From a virus, in the IMG/VR virus record IMGVR_UViG_3300025154_000076, positions 1 through 64,000 of that record: a DNA stretch of 64,000 nt. One strand, given 5' to 3'. Under the pieces are notes generated by a model. It did not search any database, was not told the origin of the DNA, and saw nothing but the letters and a program-made list of their open reading frames with translations. The translations under genes were made by a program, and so were the position numbers. Below are positions 38,148 to 49,183 of this stretch, piece by piece (the first letter of the stretch is position 1; each line of letters opens with the position of its first letter).

Positions 38148-39095
38148 TTATTTTTGTAATACTTTTTCTCTTTCGACAACTTTTTCAGCCATTAAATCTA
38201 ATATATCCCTGTGATCTGCAAGAAAATCCCTTAATTCAGGGTATTTATCTTCAGAATTAATCACAATACATATATCATTTCCAAATTTCCCTTCCTCCGG
38301 CATCCATCTCCATTTATTCTTTTCTGCATCAAAAGCAATTACCATTTCTGATTCAGCAATATTTATAGCTGCCAATATTTGAATATCTTCACCCATTTCT
38401 ACCCGGTCAAGAAACTCATTATATCCTTCTCCCTTACCACCTGATTTCTTCTCGGCAGTTACTACCTTTTTCTTTAATTCTCTCCTTATGATAGATAAAT
38501 CAAGGTTTTTAACCCCTCTCACTCCATAACTTGCAGCAATCTGACGAACATCTTTTTCTTTCAAATATTGATTGGTAAAAATAACCTGCATTACATTGGT
38601 TTCAAGCAAGTCATATTCAACTTCTTTCTTAGCTTCTAATATTTCGCTTCGTACAATGAATTCATCATTATATCTGTCTGCCATGATGAATATCAGGAAA
38701 AACAATAAATCCAATTGACTTTCATTAACATAAGCATCTTTGCCTAATACATAATGCGATGGATTGGGATTCATATTCTTTTCTTTATCCCTTTTTATTG
38801 CATTAGCAGAATAAATCCAATCACCACTTAAACTTTGATTTTTAGAAGTAATTGTTTTTACACAACGATACCTTTTTGGAGCTGGCCATTCGGCTACTTT
38901 AGAATAAGCGTTTACACTTCTGAATTTCGGATGAAACTGAAAATGTATGGGCCATTTAACTTTTTTAGGATCCGCACTGCCATTAGAAATTTCTTTATAA
39001 AAATCTTCAATAACACCAAAAGCCTCTTTTTCTAAGGCACTCATAGAAACTTTCTTTTTGTTGAGGTCTACTCTTTCTTCGTTTAAGTATAACAT
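38148..39095 (-). CDS. Conserved protein downstream of the major capsid gene
   Basis: 315 aa; synteny as in crAss-like capsid modules. Confidence 0.55.
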   Translation of the reverse strand: MLYLNEERVDLNKKKVSMSALEKEAFGVIEDFYKEISNGSADPKKVKWPIHFQFHPKFRSVNAYSKVAEWPAPKRYRCVKTITSKNQSLSGDWIYSANAIKRDKEKNMNPNPSHYVLGKDAYVNESQLDLLFFLIFIMADRYNDEFIVRSEILEAKKEVEYDLLETNVMQVIFTNQYLKEKDVRQIAASYGVRGVKNLDLSIIRRELKKKVVTAEKKSGGKGEGYNEFLDRVEMGEDIQILAAINIAESEMVIAFDAEKNKWRWMPEEGKFGNDICIVINSEDKYPELRDFLADHRDILDLMAEKVVEREKVLQK

Positions 39096-39109
39096 AGTTT
39101 GTGTGTGTT

Positions 39110-39152
39110 AAAAAAGATAAAGGGTTCCATATTCAGAAACCCCTTATCTTTT
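39110..39152 (-). terminator. Terminator after the major capsid gene
   Basis: aaaagataaagggtt...aaccccttatctttt hairpin plus T-run. Confidence 0.7.
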
Positions 39153-39158
39153 GGTTAA

Positions 39159-40613
39159 TTATGCATTTTTTATGATATATGATTGATTCATTTTTAATGC
39201 TTGTAGTCCTACATGATCTCTCCAATAGGTTCTTGTAACATCATGTTCACCAGTATAAGGCATATGATTTCCGGCTGCCCCTACTGTCCATAATTCTCTC
39301 TTACGAGAATAACCATTCATGGCTCGGTATCTCATGGAAATATTTGGTAACGAAATTTTCTTTCCGTTCACATCTTTTGCCTGAACAGTAGAAACAGGAA
39401 AACCAAATCCCCATTTATTGATTGAATAACCGGCTGCGCCATAAGTCTGTGGATTACTGAATGAATCTACATTTTGGAATACATGCTTAAAGCCTGAACG
39501 CTCAATACATGAAAAACCAAGTTGCAGACCCAATTCTTTTGTTCCTTTTTGACCCAAATAATCATAGATAAGTTTATCTCCTGCGCTTGCAGCAGTAACA
39601 ACATCTAATCCTAAATTGTCAATTTGACGTTTGAATTTATGTCCACCCATCCATAAGATTGTAGTGGAATTAATTCCCTGAGAACGGAAATGATCTTCTG
39701 CCTGATCTAAATCATCAAGGATAAAGTTTTCATCAGCATAAGTACCAGAACCACCAAGACTTGAATTCCATGAATACAACCCCTGTGAGTTCTTAATGTG
39801 GTTTCCAACACCTTCGCTATCGGTAGTTCCATTTGTATTGGTTGTGGTAACAATCAATGCAGCCGGAGCAACTTCACCAAACATAATCAAACCTTCCTGA
39901 TAAATATCAAGTCGTCTTTCTGCTCTTGCTAATTCCGGGCTATAAAGATTAAGAATTTTTCCACCATTTTCATACTTCTTAAACCAAGCCTCGTTAACCA
40001 ATTGAGTTCCCTCTGCTTTGGTTGATTCAGCTAAAATTTGAGCACAAAAAGTTCTTTTTTCATAACCCTGAGAAACAGCTTTAGGTTGCCCTGTTCCTGC
40101 TCCTTTAGAATGGGTGATTATTGACATTTCAACACCACTCGCAATTTGGTGAGGTGTAGATACATCAACAGCTATTGTTGAATTTAATGGATAAGCATAC
40201 AATGTAATTGTAGACCCACTTTCGGTAATCTTATTAATACGAGCATTATAAACATTGCTGCCTTCAGGTACTAATAAGTGAAAACCTACTCTTGGGTAAT
40301 AATTGTCATTACTATCCAAATCATCGGCATCAAGAACAAATTTCCAACACTTCAATGATCCATCATCAGTACCATAACTCGATGCCTCGGCAAGAGTAAC
40401 AGTTCGGTGAAACATACCTTCTTCAAATACAGACCATTCATCCTGTGATACAGGAAGGAAGCGATCCATTGCTTTCAAAATATCAACAGCCATAATACCT
40501 TCGTTAAATTTTTGGATAAGCTCCAATGCATTTTGTGGCTGTAAAAAATCAAATGTGCTAAGATAGTTAACTTCGGTTAACCCATCCTGCCTCGGTAAAT
40601 AATTATTTGACAT
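39159..40613 (-). CDS. Major capsid protein
   Basis: 484 aa after portal and scaffold; W...EEG..HR and E..(I)MFGE motifs typical of crAss-like capsid proteins. Confidence 0.75.
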   Translation of the reverse strand: MSNNYLPRQDGLTEVNYLSTFDFLQPQNALELIQKFNEGIMAVDILKAMDRFLPVSQDEWSVFEEGMFHRTVTLAEASSYGTDDGSLKCWKFVLDADDLDSNDNYYPRVGFHLLVPEGSNVYNARINKITESGSTITLYAYPLNSTIAVDVSTPHQIASGVEMSIITHSKGAGTGQPKAVSQGYEKRTFCAQILAESTKAEGTQLVNEAWFKKYENGGKILNLYSPELARAERRLDIYQEGLIMFGEVAPAALIVTTTNTNGTTDSEGVGNHIKNSQGLYSWNSSLGGSGTYADENFILDDLDQAEDHFRSQGINSTTILWMGGHKFKRQIDNLGLDVVTAASAGDKLIYDYLGQKGTKELGLQLGFSCIERSGFKHVFQNVDSFSNPQTYGAAGYSINKWGFGFPVSTVQAKDVNGKKISLPNISMRYRAMNGYSRKRELWTVGAAGNHMPYTGEHDVTRTYWRDHVGLQALKMNQSYIIKNA

Positions 40614-40685
40614 AACAATTTCGTTTTTAAGTTATTTAATGTGATTAATCCCTTTCTATTCATCACATTAAAAAAACAAGACTAC

Positions 40686-42113
40686 TTAACGCCTTATCCC
40701 ATGATAAGCCATCACTTTCTTTTCTTCTTCCTCATTCTGTTTTTTGTAGTCCGGCATCAACCCCTTATCTTCCGAAACAATATTTTTCTTAGTTAACTTT
40801 GTCCCAGTCCTTTGGGCATACTCATCATCAACTTTTCTTTTTGTTTCTTCAATAAGGTGTTTCCTTATCTCTTTTTTGTAAAGATGTTCAAAACTTCGAT
40901 AAATAAAGTCATCAATAAACTTCAAATGTTCATCATTAGTGGGGTCAATCTTGTATTTACGAACATAATCCTTAATGTTCTTTTCTATTTCGCTTCGTTG
41001 CGAATTAGATACTTCCATTTCAACCAATGGTTCAGATTCACCTTCTTCTGCATCAACATACTTAGTGAAATTAGTGATTTTACCCTTTATTTTATCATCC
41101 CATGTACTCAATCTTGTAGCCTCCGCTATCCTCGCTTGACTATCCGATTGCTCACGTTCCTTTTGAAAATCAGGTAAATTTGTTTTGTCTTTCATCTCCT
41201 TAAACTTTTTAATTATAGGAGATACTTCACGCTTTAATTCAAGCTTATTCATTTCAATTTCATCCGCTATCTCTGCCTGTATTCCCTGACTATTAAAATC
41301 TTCATCATCCATGTCCTTATATTTACTATCAGAACGAAAATGAGAAGGTGTTAATTTGTGTTTTTTCTCGAAGTATCTGCGAACTAACCTTGGGTCATCC
41401 TTGGGATTTTCCGCTAAATGATCTTCTACAAGCAAATTTAATGGATTTACATTTTCAGGGTCAAAATTCTTAATTCGTAAAAATTCATCAAGACCCTTTC
41501 CTGTCTGCTTTCTGAAATGATAAGCACGTACAAATTCTTCATCTTCAAGAAAAGGATTGCTGTTTTCATTGGCTTTTTTAATTAATGCCTGGTTATCCTT
41601 TTCTAAACTTTGTACTTTTTGAGTTAATCCCTTTAATTCCTGAGTAGCTTGATCAAGGCTATCATAGTTAGTACCAAACACCCTGTTTAGTATGCCTAAC
41701 TCTTTTTCAGGTTCTAACTCAACTTTTCCAGATGGAGAATCTGTATGTTTTAATAATTCTGTATATTCTTTCTGAGCATCTTCATCTGTAGTTGAAATTT
41801 CAGGAACATCTTTTTTACCCTTATATTTTTCAACTTCTTTTAAAAACTCATCTTTTGATGTAAATTTTTGTTCACCTATTTTGTATTCTGGAACCCCTTC
41901 TTTTGATGCTTCACTTTCATCCGGCTTTTTAATTTCTAATCCTTCAAATGCTGATCTTTCAGCAGTAGGGTCTGTAAATTCATGCCTTTCATCTACCCTA
42001 TCATGCTTTGCAGGATCATAATCTTCATCTGCCCTTAACATGCCTGGCTCGTTCATCATTATTCCTCCAACGTTTATTGGAGCATCTGTATTTCTAAAAA
42101 TAGGTCTTTCCAT
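40686..42113 (-). CDS. Putative scaffold protein
   Basis: Acidic coiled-coil protein between portal and capsid. Confidence 0.6.
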   Translation of the reverse strand: MERPIFRNTDAPINVGGIMMNEPGMLRADEDYDPAKHDRVDERHEFTDPTAERSAFEGLEIKKPDESEASKEGVPEYKIGEQKFTSKDEFLKEVEKYKGKKDVPEISTTDEDAQKEYTELLKHTDSPSGKVELEPEKELGILNRVFGTNYDSLDQATQELKGLTQKVQSLEKDNQALIKKANENSNPFLEDEEFVRAYHFRKQTGKGLDEFLRIKNFDPENVNPLNLLVEDHLAENPKDDPRLVRRYFEKKHKLTPSHFRSDSKYKDMDDEDFNSQGIQAEIADEIEMNKLELKREVSPIIKKFKEMKDKTNLPDFQKEREQSDSQARIAEATRLSTWDDKIKGKITNFTKYVDAEEGESEPLVEMEVSNSQRSEIEKNIKDYVRKYKIDPTNDEHLKFIDDFIYRSFEHLYKKEIRKHLIEETKRKVDDEYAQRTGTKLTKKNIVSEDKGLMPDYKKQNEEEEKKVMAYHGIRR

Positions 42114-42143
42114 AATTAAAATTTTTTGTGTGTGTATGTACTA

Positions 42144-42151
42144 CAAATATA
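42144..42151 (-). promoter_or_regulatory. Bacteroidota -7 element TATATTTG
   Basis: TAnnTTTG about 30 bp upstream of the scaffold start. Confidence 0.55.
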
Positions 42152-42157
42152 TAAAAA

Positions 42158-44560
42158 TTAATTTACATTAGATGTTTCTCTTTGCAGCCTCGATTCAAGG
42201 GCAATCCTTTCTCCTTGTTCTGCACGTAATAACAATGATTCTACCGTTGCTATCCTTTTTTCAAATTCACTCTCGGCTGGCATAGTAATAGTGGCTTCAA
42301 ACATTTTTTCTGCTCTTATTTCCTGAATCTTATTCTTAGATTTATTATTATCTATCTCAATAGCCAACATTGCTTCATTTTGCTTTATCTGTTTAGATAT
42401 TTCAAATGCTTGTATATCACTCTTTCTTTTTTCTTCTCCCTGTGCTTGAACCCTTTCTATTTCCATTTGGTGATTCAATTGCCTTTCCTTGTTTTCAAGG
42501 AATGAAATCATAACCCTTACACTCTTTAAAGGAACATTACTTGCTGTCATTTCTTTAAGTAACAAGCCATGTGATGCCCGAATAAGGGGTACACCATTCT
42601 TTCCTGACTGCATGGCAACAGTAATATAGTTATCTAACTCTGCCTTTTGTTTTTCTGTAGGAGCAGCCTCTACCTTAATTGCATAATTAGTCCTTACAAT
42701 CTTTTCACTTATCTGTAATGTTTTTAAGGTATGTTTACCCAATACAGGATAATATGCTTCATAAGCTTCCGGAAAATTCTTTAATAGTATTTGAGAACGA
42801 ATACATCCACTTAATGCTATTAACTCTTTTAAATTCATATATGCCTTATATAAAGGTCTTATTGCATTATTAGTGGCATGTAAGGCTAATTCTGAACCCC
42901 TTACGGAGGCATTAGGATCTGGGGTGCTTGCATCTGCAACCTGATTTATTCCTGTTATATCACGAAGCATTTCTATTCTAAACTTAATATCATTAAGTAG
43001 TTCAACCCCTAATTCTCCCAAACCACCTCTTAATTCTTCCATTGGCTTACCTAAGTTATTTCCAAAACCGGATAATCCCATAGGTGTTACCTTAAATAAT
43101 AAATCTCCTTTAGTCCTTCGTATTTCTAAAATTGTCATAGGACTTAATTTATTACCCCCTATTTTCAGGTTTGAAATAGAATCAATATTTATAGCAAGAC
43201 CCGGAGGTGCTGCATTGGCTTTAGCATTCTGTAATTTCAACATATCAAGCTGTATCTCATTCAATATTGGGATACAACTTTGAACCATTGATTGACCCGG
43301 CATTTTAACCATCTTTAATGACAATCGAACTTCACCATTTTCTCTTGGTTGCCCGGATTTAATACCATACTCAAAACAATGTTCTGTACCTATAATCAAA
43401 TGGCCATAATAAACATTATTTATTTGTGTTTTTCTTGTTTTTCTTTTTTCTGAATCCTTTTCTTTACCCCATTCTTTACCTTTTTGGGCATAAACCCTTT
43501 CTTGCCCATAACTACTTTTTACCAATGTATCATAGAATGTATCTGTGGATATGGTTTCAAAAACAAGAACTTTAATTTTGTGATTATCATAAGGTGTTGG
43601 GTTATCCGAAGATAGTCTATTTACTGATGTAGTATAGTTTTTTGACCCTGTATATCCGTTTTCTGTTGCCATTGCATACAAATCATCTTCCTCAAATCCT
43701 TTCTGTCTTAATTCAGCAATTGAATAATTCTCAATGTATCCCCAAAATTCTGCGTTTTTATATAATGGACTACTATCTCTTTGTATAATTACACTTGCAG
43801 GGTCAACATATTTTATTCTTGTTTTGTTTATTTGGGTATCTAATTCATCCCTTACAGCAGCATAATTTATTTTAATTAAATCACCATATATTAAATCCTT
43901 TATTTCCTTATCCCAATCCGATATATCAAAATTATGCTGAATCATAAATTCCATTGCTAATTCCTGATTGAGTTTAAAACCTCCCATGCTTTCAAATAAA
44001 TTCAATTCCTGCGTATCTTCTGGAACATAGGATTGTTTATCGTATGCCATGCCCCTTCTCTCATATGCTCTTTGCTTAAATGCCTGGGTATAATTCTCTT
44101 TGTATAATTCCCATTTTGCATCTTCCTTTTCCATAGAACTTATCTTATCTAAAGCTGTTGCTCCAATAACGTGTTCCATAGTGCTAAAAACACCCAATAA
44201 TATTCTTACATATTTAGGCATAATAGGTACAATAGACCAGTCAATATTCATTAACCCCTGACGCTTCTCTTCTTTTGTAAACCCTGAATCATATTGTGTG
44301 GATTGAGTAGTGGTTTCATTATTGATATTTACATCAAAATGAGGTTTATATTGATCGGAATCTTGCATACCATCGCCATAAGCCCTTTGAATAGCAAATA
44401 TATCTCGCATAGCATAAGGAGTATCTGCATTTTTCTCTCCATAGTCCATAATATATTTACCATAGCTGACAAACCAATCCTTATCATTCCTTTTTACATC
44501 AGGATTTATGTCATCAGAAGGTCTTTCTATATCTTTAAAATCTGTATTTTTTAGTTCCAT
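42158..44560 (-). CDS. Portal protein
   Basis: 800 aa; NIDWSIVPIMPKYV, RIKYVDPA and LRDITGIN..D.STP motifs; follows TerL. Confidence 0.85.
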   Translation of the reverse strand: MELKNTDFKDIERPSDDINPDVKRNDKDWFVSYGKYIMDYGEKNADTPYAMRDIFAIQRAYGDGMQDSDQYKPHFDVNINNETTTQSTQYDSGFTKEEKRQGLMNIDWSIVPIMPKYVRILLGVFSTMEHVIGATALDKISSMEKEDAKWELYKENYTQAFKQRAYERRGMAYDKQSYVPEDTQELNLFESMGGFKLNQELAMEFMIQHNFDISDWDKEIKDLIYGDLIKINYAAVRDELDTQINKTRIKYVDPASVIIQRDSSPLYKNAEFWGYIENYSIAELRQKGFEEDDLYAMATENGYTGSKNYTTSVNRLSSDNPTPYDNHKIKVLVFETISTDTFYDTLVKSSYGQERVYAQKGKEWGKEKDSEKRKTRKTQINNVYYGHLIIGTEHCFEYGIKSGQPRENGEVRLSLKMVKMPGQSMVQSCIPILNEIQLDMLKLQNAKANAAPPGLAINIDSISNLKIGGNKLSPMTILEIRRTKGDLLFKVTPMGLSGFGNNLGKPMEELRGGLGELGVELLNDIKFRIEMLRDITGINQVADASTPDPNASVRGSELALHATNNAIRPLYKAYMNLKELIALSGCIRSQILLKNFPEAYEAYYPVLGKHTLKTLQISEKIVRTNYAIKVEAAPTEKQKAELDNYITVAMQSGKNGVPLIRASHGLLLKEMTASNVPLKSVRVMISFLENKERQLNHQMEIERVQAQGEEKRKSDIQAFEISKQIKQNEAMLAIEIDNNKSKNKIQEIRAEKMFEATITMPAESEFEKRIATVESLLLRAEQGERIALESRLQRETSNVN

Positions 44561-44571
44561 TGTTTTTATTT

Positions 44572-44579
44572 CAAATTTA
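44572..44579 (-). promoter_or_regulatory. Bacteroidota -7 element TAAATTTG
   Basis: TAnnTTTG upstream of the portal start. Confidence 0.55.
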
Positions 44580-44588
44580 ACTAAAATT

Positions 44589-46856
44589 TTAATATTTATA
44601 CACCTTCACGAATTCACTTAAATCCACCTCGTCATTATTGGCATGTTGGAGTATTTCCTTATACTTTGATTTAGAACCTTCTAATGCTAATGCTACTGCT
44701 GTAAAACGGTCATAATGGGTTAAGTCAAATAAACCCCTTATCTGCAAGCAATCATCAATAAATTCAATATGATTTAATGTTGTTCCCCTTTGCTGAATGT
44801 AATCTCTCACATTCCTAAACAACTTTTGTTTTGATTCATCTGATTTTGTATCATAGCCATAAAAAGGTGTCAACTCCTCAAACCCTGATTTATTTATCTT
44901 TATCTGCCTCATTAGATAACCATGATAATTCCATTGTCGGAACCATTCCTCTATTACCGGAACGTTTCTTTCAGGATTCATTATGCCTCCCCAATAGATA
45001 GATGCTTTAAGAGCTTCCTCTGCAAAATCTTTTGTTTCAGGTGGTCTTTTTTGATAGGTGGCAACAAGTTTAAATGTATCCCATTCTTTTATGTCTTTCT
45101 TATCATCAAGAGAAGGGTCATAATCCCTTACTACAGACAATCCTCCATCAGAACCTTTTTTATTTGATTTAGTCCGACTAAAAGTAAAAGCATCACCACC
45201 TAATGTATATTGCGGATCAGCAGGATAATAAACCCCTTCATTTCTGTATCTCTTATTACGAACCCTTTCTAATGGTTTTTCTGATATTATCCAATCAGCA
45301 TCACTTCTTTCAGCACAAGAAACAAAAACTACATCATTTCCGAAAATCCCATTCTGCCATTCTAAAAAACCAAAAATACAAGGGTCATAATCAAATTCAA
45401 GTTCACCCCTTCTAACTTCAAGTATCTCTCGATTGAAATTTATTTCATCAGCGGAAGGGGTAAAACATTCCCTATATGTTAATGGTAATTTCCTTACATA
45501 TCCTGCAAGTCCATCAAAATCTTTAGCCTTTCTGTATTTTGCCCTGTTAGCCATTATGTCATCCAGTGAACCCTCTGTTATCATTTTCCCATCTACTCCC
45601 TTTATAGGTTTTTCTGGTGTATGCATTACAGATGCTCCATATTCATCAATAAAACCACCCCTTCCATCAGCAGCACTCATAAACACATTAACTAAACCCG
45701 ATAAGGTTGACCCATTCTTTCGATCTCCCCAATGTGATTGTTCACATAGTTTAGTATATTGTTTCATTGCTTCAGCAGTAGTTTCTTCAACTGTTGTAGT
45801 GTAAATCATCCATCCATTAATATTACCTCCATCATTTAAACATTCCTTCAATGTCTGATGCCTGGCATGAACATCTTCTAATTTTGTTTTACCCGATTCA
45901 TCCACATTCAATATGTTTATCCTTCTCTTATCATAGTAACTCTTTCCGGCAGTAGTGGCAAAATCTGATACTGAATTAAGTCCTAACCTATCATCCATAA
46001 ATGTTCCCTTTCCTCCGATATGTATTGCACCAGGCTTTAATGTTAGCCTTGTTTTTACATCAGTGGATCCTTCATGCATGGGTTTAAAAAAAAATGGTAG
46101 ATTATTAAACGGATATACAAGGTGTTTAGTAAACATTTCTTCTCCGTTATTTGAATCCATTCCTTGTATTCCACCTTCCCAATTCATGTGAGAAGTAATT
46201 AGGTTACAATGTATAGATAATGCCCTTGATGACTTACCTGCTCTACGAGCATCCATATTATTAGTACCATGTAGAACCCTTTTACCCCGATCAATCCCTA
46301 ATTCATCTTCAGTAAGGTTAAATAGATATTCCTGAACAACAAACCACCTTCTATCTCTATCCCTATAATCAGGTAGTTTACCTGTAAGCAATAAATAATA
46401 ATTCAGGTAATACCAATGCCACCCACAAATAAATGTAGGCTTGCCTTTTATAAAAAACCATTTACCATTAAACCTATGATACCATTGTGTTTTTATCCAA
46501 TTAATTTCATCCTTAAATTCTGCTTTGTTTGCTTCAAGATATGCCCATATTTCCTCCACAGTCATAAATACCTCCATCGGTTTTGTTGTCTTTCTTCGCT
46601 TTTCACGAAGTAACATATCCGGGAGTTTTTTTAGCTTATCAGGTATTTGTTCGTATTGGAATTTCTGATCTTTAGGTTTTTGGTTAAACCCTTCTATCAG
46701 GTGTATATCTGGGCAAGAAGGAAGTTTAACCCTTATCTCTTGTAAATCCCTGTCATTACTATTTACAACAACCCATGTATCTTCCGGTTCATAGCTTTTA
46801 AGAATATTAACATGAACTGTGGGATATTTCTTTTTTAGTTGTTGTAGATTCAGCAT
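44589..46856 (-). CDS. terL: Terminase large subunit
   Basis: Walker A RRAGKS, Walker B ILNVDESGK, nuclease motifs LGGD.F, ERN and D. Confidence 0.9.
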   Translation of the reverse strand: MLNLQQLKKKYPTVHVNILKSYEPEDTWVVVNSNDRDLQEIRVKLPSCPDIHLIEGFNQKPKDQKFQYEQIPDKLKKLPDMLLREKRRKTTKPMEVFMTVEEIWAYLEANKAEFKDEINWIKTQWYHRFNGKWFFIKGKPTFICGWHWYYLNYYLLLTGKLPDYRDRDRRWFVVQEYLFNLTEDELGIDRGKRVLHGTNNMDARRAGKSSRALSIHCNLITSHMNWEGGIQGMDSNNGEEMFTKHLVYPFNNLPFFFKPMHEGSTDVKTRLTLKPGAIHIGGKGTFMDDRLGLNSVSDFATTAGKSYYDKRRINILNVDESGKTKLEDVHARHQTLKECLNDGGNINGWMIYTTTVEETTAEAMKQYTKLCEQSHWGDRKNGSTLSGLVNVFMSAADGRGGFIDEYGASVMHTPEKPIKGVDGKMITEGSLDDIMANRAKYRKAKDFDGLAGYVRKLPLTYRECFTPSADEINFNREILEVRRGELEFDYDPCIFGFLEWQNGIFGNDVVFVSCAERSDADWIISEKPLERVRNKRYRNEGVYYPADPQYTLGGDAFTFSRTKSNKKGSDGGLSVVRDYDPSLDDKKDIKEWDTFKLVATYQKRPPETKDFAEEALKASIYWGGIMNPERNVPVIEEWFRQWNYHGYLMRQIKINKSGFEELTPFYGYDTKSDESKQKLFRNVRDYIQQRGTTLNHIEFIDDCLQIRGLFDLTHYDRFTAVALALEGSKSKYKEILQHANNDEVDLSEFVKVYKY

Positions 46857-47530
46857 TAAATATAGTTTCTTAGTTTATACGGATTTATATCAACAGAGTT
46901 CTTTCCTTCCATAATCCTTAATGCTACCAATTCGGGTGTGAGTTCAAGCCTTTCCTCGTCAATGAGTAAATATATTGTTCTGCTAAGTTCTTGTGTGTCA
47001 TCTGCTGTAAATATTTCCTTAACTAATGTAGACATCTTTTTTTCAAGCGAATCAATTGCGTTTATCTGTTTTGAATCATAATCGCCACCTAAAAAACTAA
47101 CCATCATGTTTTCATAAGCCTCTGATAACCCTACTAATTTTGTGTATTTAATGGAATTAAACAACATACAAAAACGAATGATCATTCGGTTAACCTGTTC
47201 GTTTTTACCCTTTATCATAAACATTATTTTAGGATCAACCTCTTTTCTTTCGTTTACACTAAACCCGGATAACTTAACTGCATATGCCTTTCTTTCAAGT
47301 AGGTTAATTTCCAATAAAGGAGAGTTTATATCGTACATATAGCATATGTATCTTATTGTCTGGTCTTTCTCTATATCAGTGAACCCATCTATTTTGTCTT
47401 TGAATTCATTATAGTCCTTAAGCCTTCTGAACCCCTTATCGTCAAGACAAAAGTTTCTTTCGCTAATAGTATGTACAGGGAACATCATATTAGCAAAATC
47501 GGTATCCTTAAAGTTATAATCCGAAATCAT
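46856..47530 (-). CDS. Hypothetical protein, possible terminase small subunit
   Basis: Immediately upstream of and overlapping terL. Confidence 0.4.
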   Translation of the reverse strand: MISDYNFKDTDFANMMFPVHTISERNFCLDDKGFRRLKDYNEFKDKIDGFTDIEKDQTIRYICYMYDINSPLLEINLLERKAYAVKLSGFSVNERKEVDPKIMFMIKGKNEQVNRMIIRFCMLFNSIKYTKLVGLSEAYENMMVSFLGGDYDSKQINAIDSLEKKMSTLVKEIFTADDTQELSRTIYLLIDEERLELTPELVALRIMEGKNSVDINPYKLRNYI

Positions 47531-48242
47531 ACACGTAAATTATATCCGCACGTTGAACAAAATAATATTTCTTATCCCCATCAAATTGACTGTGAAATGA
47601 GTTTTCAAGCAAATAAGGGGTTCGCTTTTTACTAACACATATTCTTTGCCCTACAAATAGTTCATCCTCAAAATCCTGTTTAACCCCATATTTATAATTT
47701 TTGTTTCGGGATCCTACTGCTTTTACTGTCCATGATTCTATTTCTGCATTTTCCCTATTTATTTCAGGTATAAACACATTATCGTATTGATTAAAATCAT
47801 CCCTGTTTGGCTCTACAAGAATATATCCGTTTAAACAGATTATTTCATCTCCTCTTTTTGCCACTACAAATTCTTCATACCGCAGCACATAATAAATCTC
47901 CCCCTCACAATTTATTTCAATTAAGTCTGTATGTTCATTACCTATAACCGCCAATGACTTAACCCAAACAATATCACCTGGTTTAATTTCAAGTGTGGTT
48001 TCCCATGATGTAGATACCTTGGAATTAACGTTTTCAGAATAGATTAACTTTCTTGGTGTTTTTATTATTTCAACTACCCTTCTTGAATGGGTATCTTCAT
48101 CCCATGATACATCAATATCAATAGTGATATTAGTATTTGCCAACCTTTTTTTTGATGTGTCAATAATGGGTTTCACAATAACCATGTTATTTACCAATAC
48201 TATTTCATCAAATTGTTCCCTTGTTAATTTTATTTTTTCCAT
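47514..48242 (-). CDS. Tandem GroES-like domain protein
   Basis: Two repeats of L.N.V.V.P ... V..GD/Q.V ... Y...R..D/E, a GroES-fold pattern. Confidence 0.55.
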   Translation of the reverse strand: MEKIKLTREQFDEIVLVNNMVIVKPIIDTSKKRLANTNITIDIDVSWDEDTHSRRVVEIIKTPRKLIYSENVNSKVSTSWETTLEIKPGDIVWVKSLAVIGNEHTDLIEINCEGEIYYVLRYEEFVVAKRGDEIICLNGYILVEPNRDDFNQYDNVFIPEINRENAEIESWTVKAVGSRNKNYKYGVKQDFEDELFVGQRICVSKKRTPYLLENSFHSQFDGDKKYYFVQRADIIYVYDFGL

Positions 48243-48253
48243 GTCTGTTTATT

Positions 48254-49183
48254 TTAAAATAAGTATTTACTTAAATTTTTCTCTGTGTCCTTTAGTTCCT
48301 GATAATATAAATATGAAGCACTTTCTTCTGATACCATCATTTGTTTAAAGAATGGTGATACCTGAAATGCAGGTTTACAAAAGGCCTTATTATCTACTTT
48401 ATTAACCCCTGTATTGTGAAGTATTTTAACCTGTGATAATCTCTCACTATTATCAGTGGCCATACAAAAGTCAAGTTCCTTATCCACTTTCATTTTGAAC
48501 CCATATTTCCAAGGAACCCATAACATTGCCCACATTTCTGCTGTCCATGCCTGTATTGGATATTCCTGATCTTTTGGATGATATTTATCTTTAGTGTTTA
48601 TCATGTGAACATATAACTGAGTTGAAACCCTTTCTATTTCATCCCATAGTTCATAAGTGCCATTTTTAACTATCCATTGCGCCCCACCTGCTGCATCATC
48701 ATTAGCCTCAACCAATAATGGGTCAATACCTACTATTTCACACATCTCAATAAATAGTTGTTCCCCTTTACTTTTAATGTATTTAGAGTTTAGGTATGAC
48801 CTTGCATCTGACAAATACCATACATTATCCTTATCAAATTGATTGAGGTTTATTTTCTCTTTAAATATCACATCCGGGTCTGTATAGAAAAAGGTATCTG
48901 ACCCAATATCCGAGTTGTTCTTAATAAATTCTTTCACAAGAAAGGGTTTCAAACTAACATGGTAACGGTTATCTATCCTTGTATCTCTTATTACATGGAA
49001 TTTACATTTAAAATCATCTTTATGTTCTAATAACTTAAGAATGTATTCACTAACCTTATCAACTCTTTGTCCGATCAAATAATGGGTTTCTGCTTCATAA
49101 CCCATTCTTCTGAAATTATTTATTTGTACAAGTGTTTGCCATGCATAAAAAGCATTATCCGGTAATGTAATTAGAAATTTCAT
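48254..49183 (-). CDS. GT-A glycosyltransferase resembling plant HPAT/peptidyl-serine galactosyltransferases
   Basis: Y.WQ, KP, DPD (DxD), GGAQ and WTAEMWAMLW motifs. Confidence 0.55.
   Translation of the reverse strand: MKFLITLPDNAFYAWQTLVQINNFRRMGYEAETHYLIGQRVDKVSEYILKLLEHKDDFKCKFHVIRDTRIDNRYHVSLKPFLVKEFIKNNSDIGSDTFFYTDPDVIFKEKINLNQFDKDNVWYLSDARSYLNSKYIKSKGEQLFIEMCEIVGIDPLLVEANDDAAGGAQWIVKNGTYELWDEIERVSTQLYVHMINTKDKYHPKDQEYPIQAWTAEMWAMLWVPWKYGFKMKVDKELDFCMATDNSERLSQVKILHNTGVNKVDNKAFCKPAFQVSPFFKQMMVSEESASYLYYQELKDTEKNLSKYLF

Noticed and set aside
44589-46856. Intein or intron in the long terminase (755 aa)
   Set aside because: No intein splice motifs were seen, and the length is usual for crAss-like TerL.
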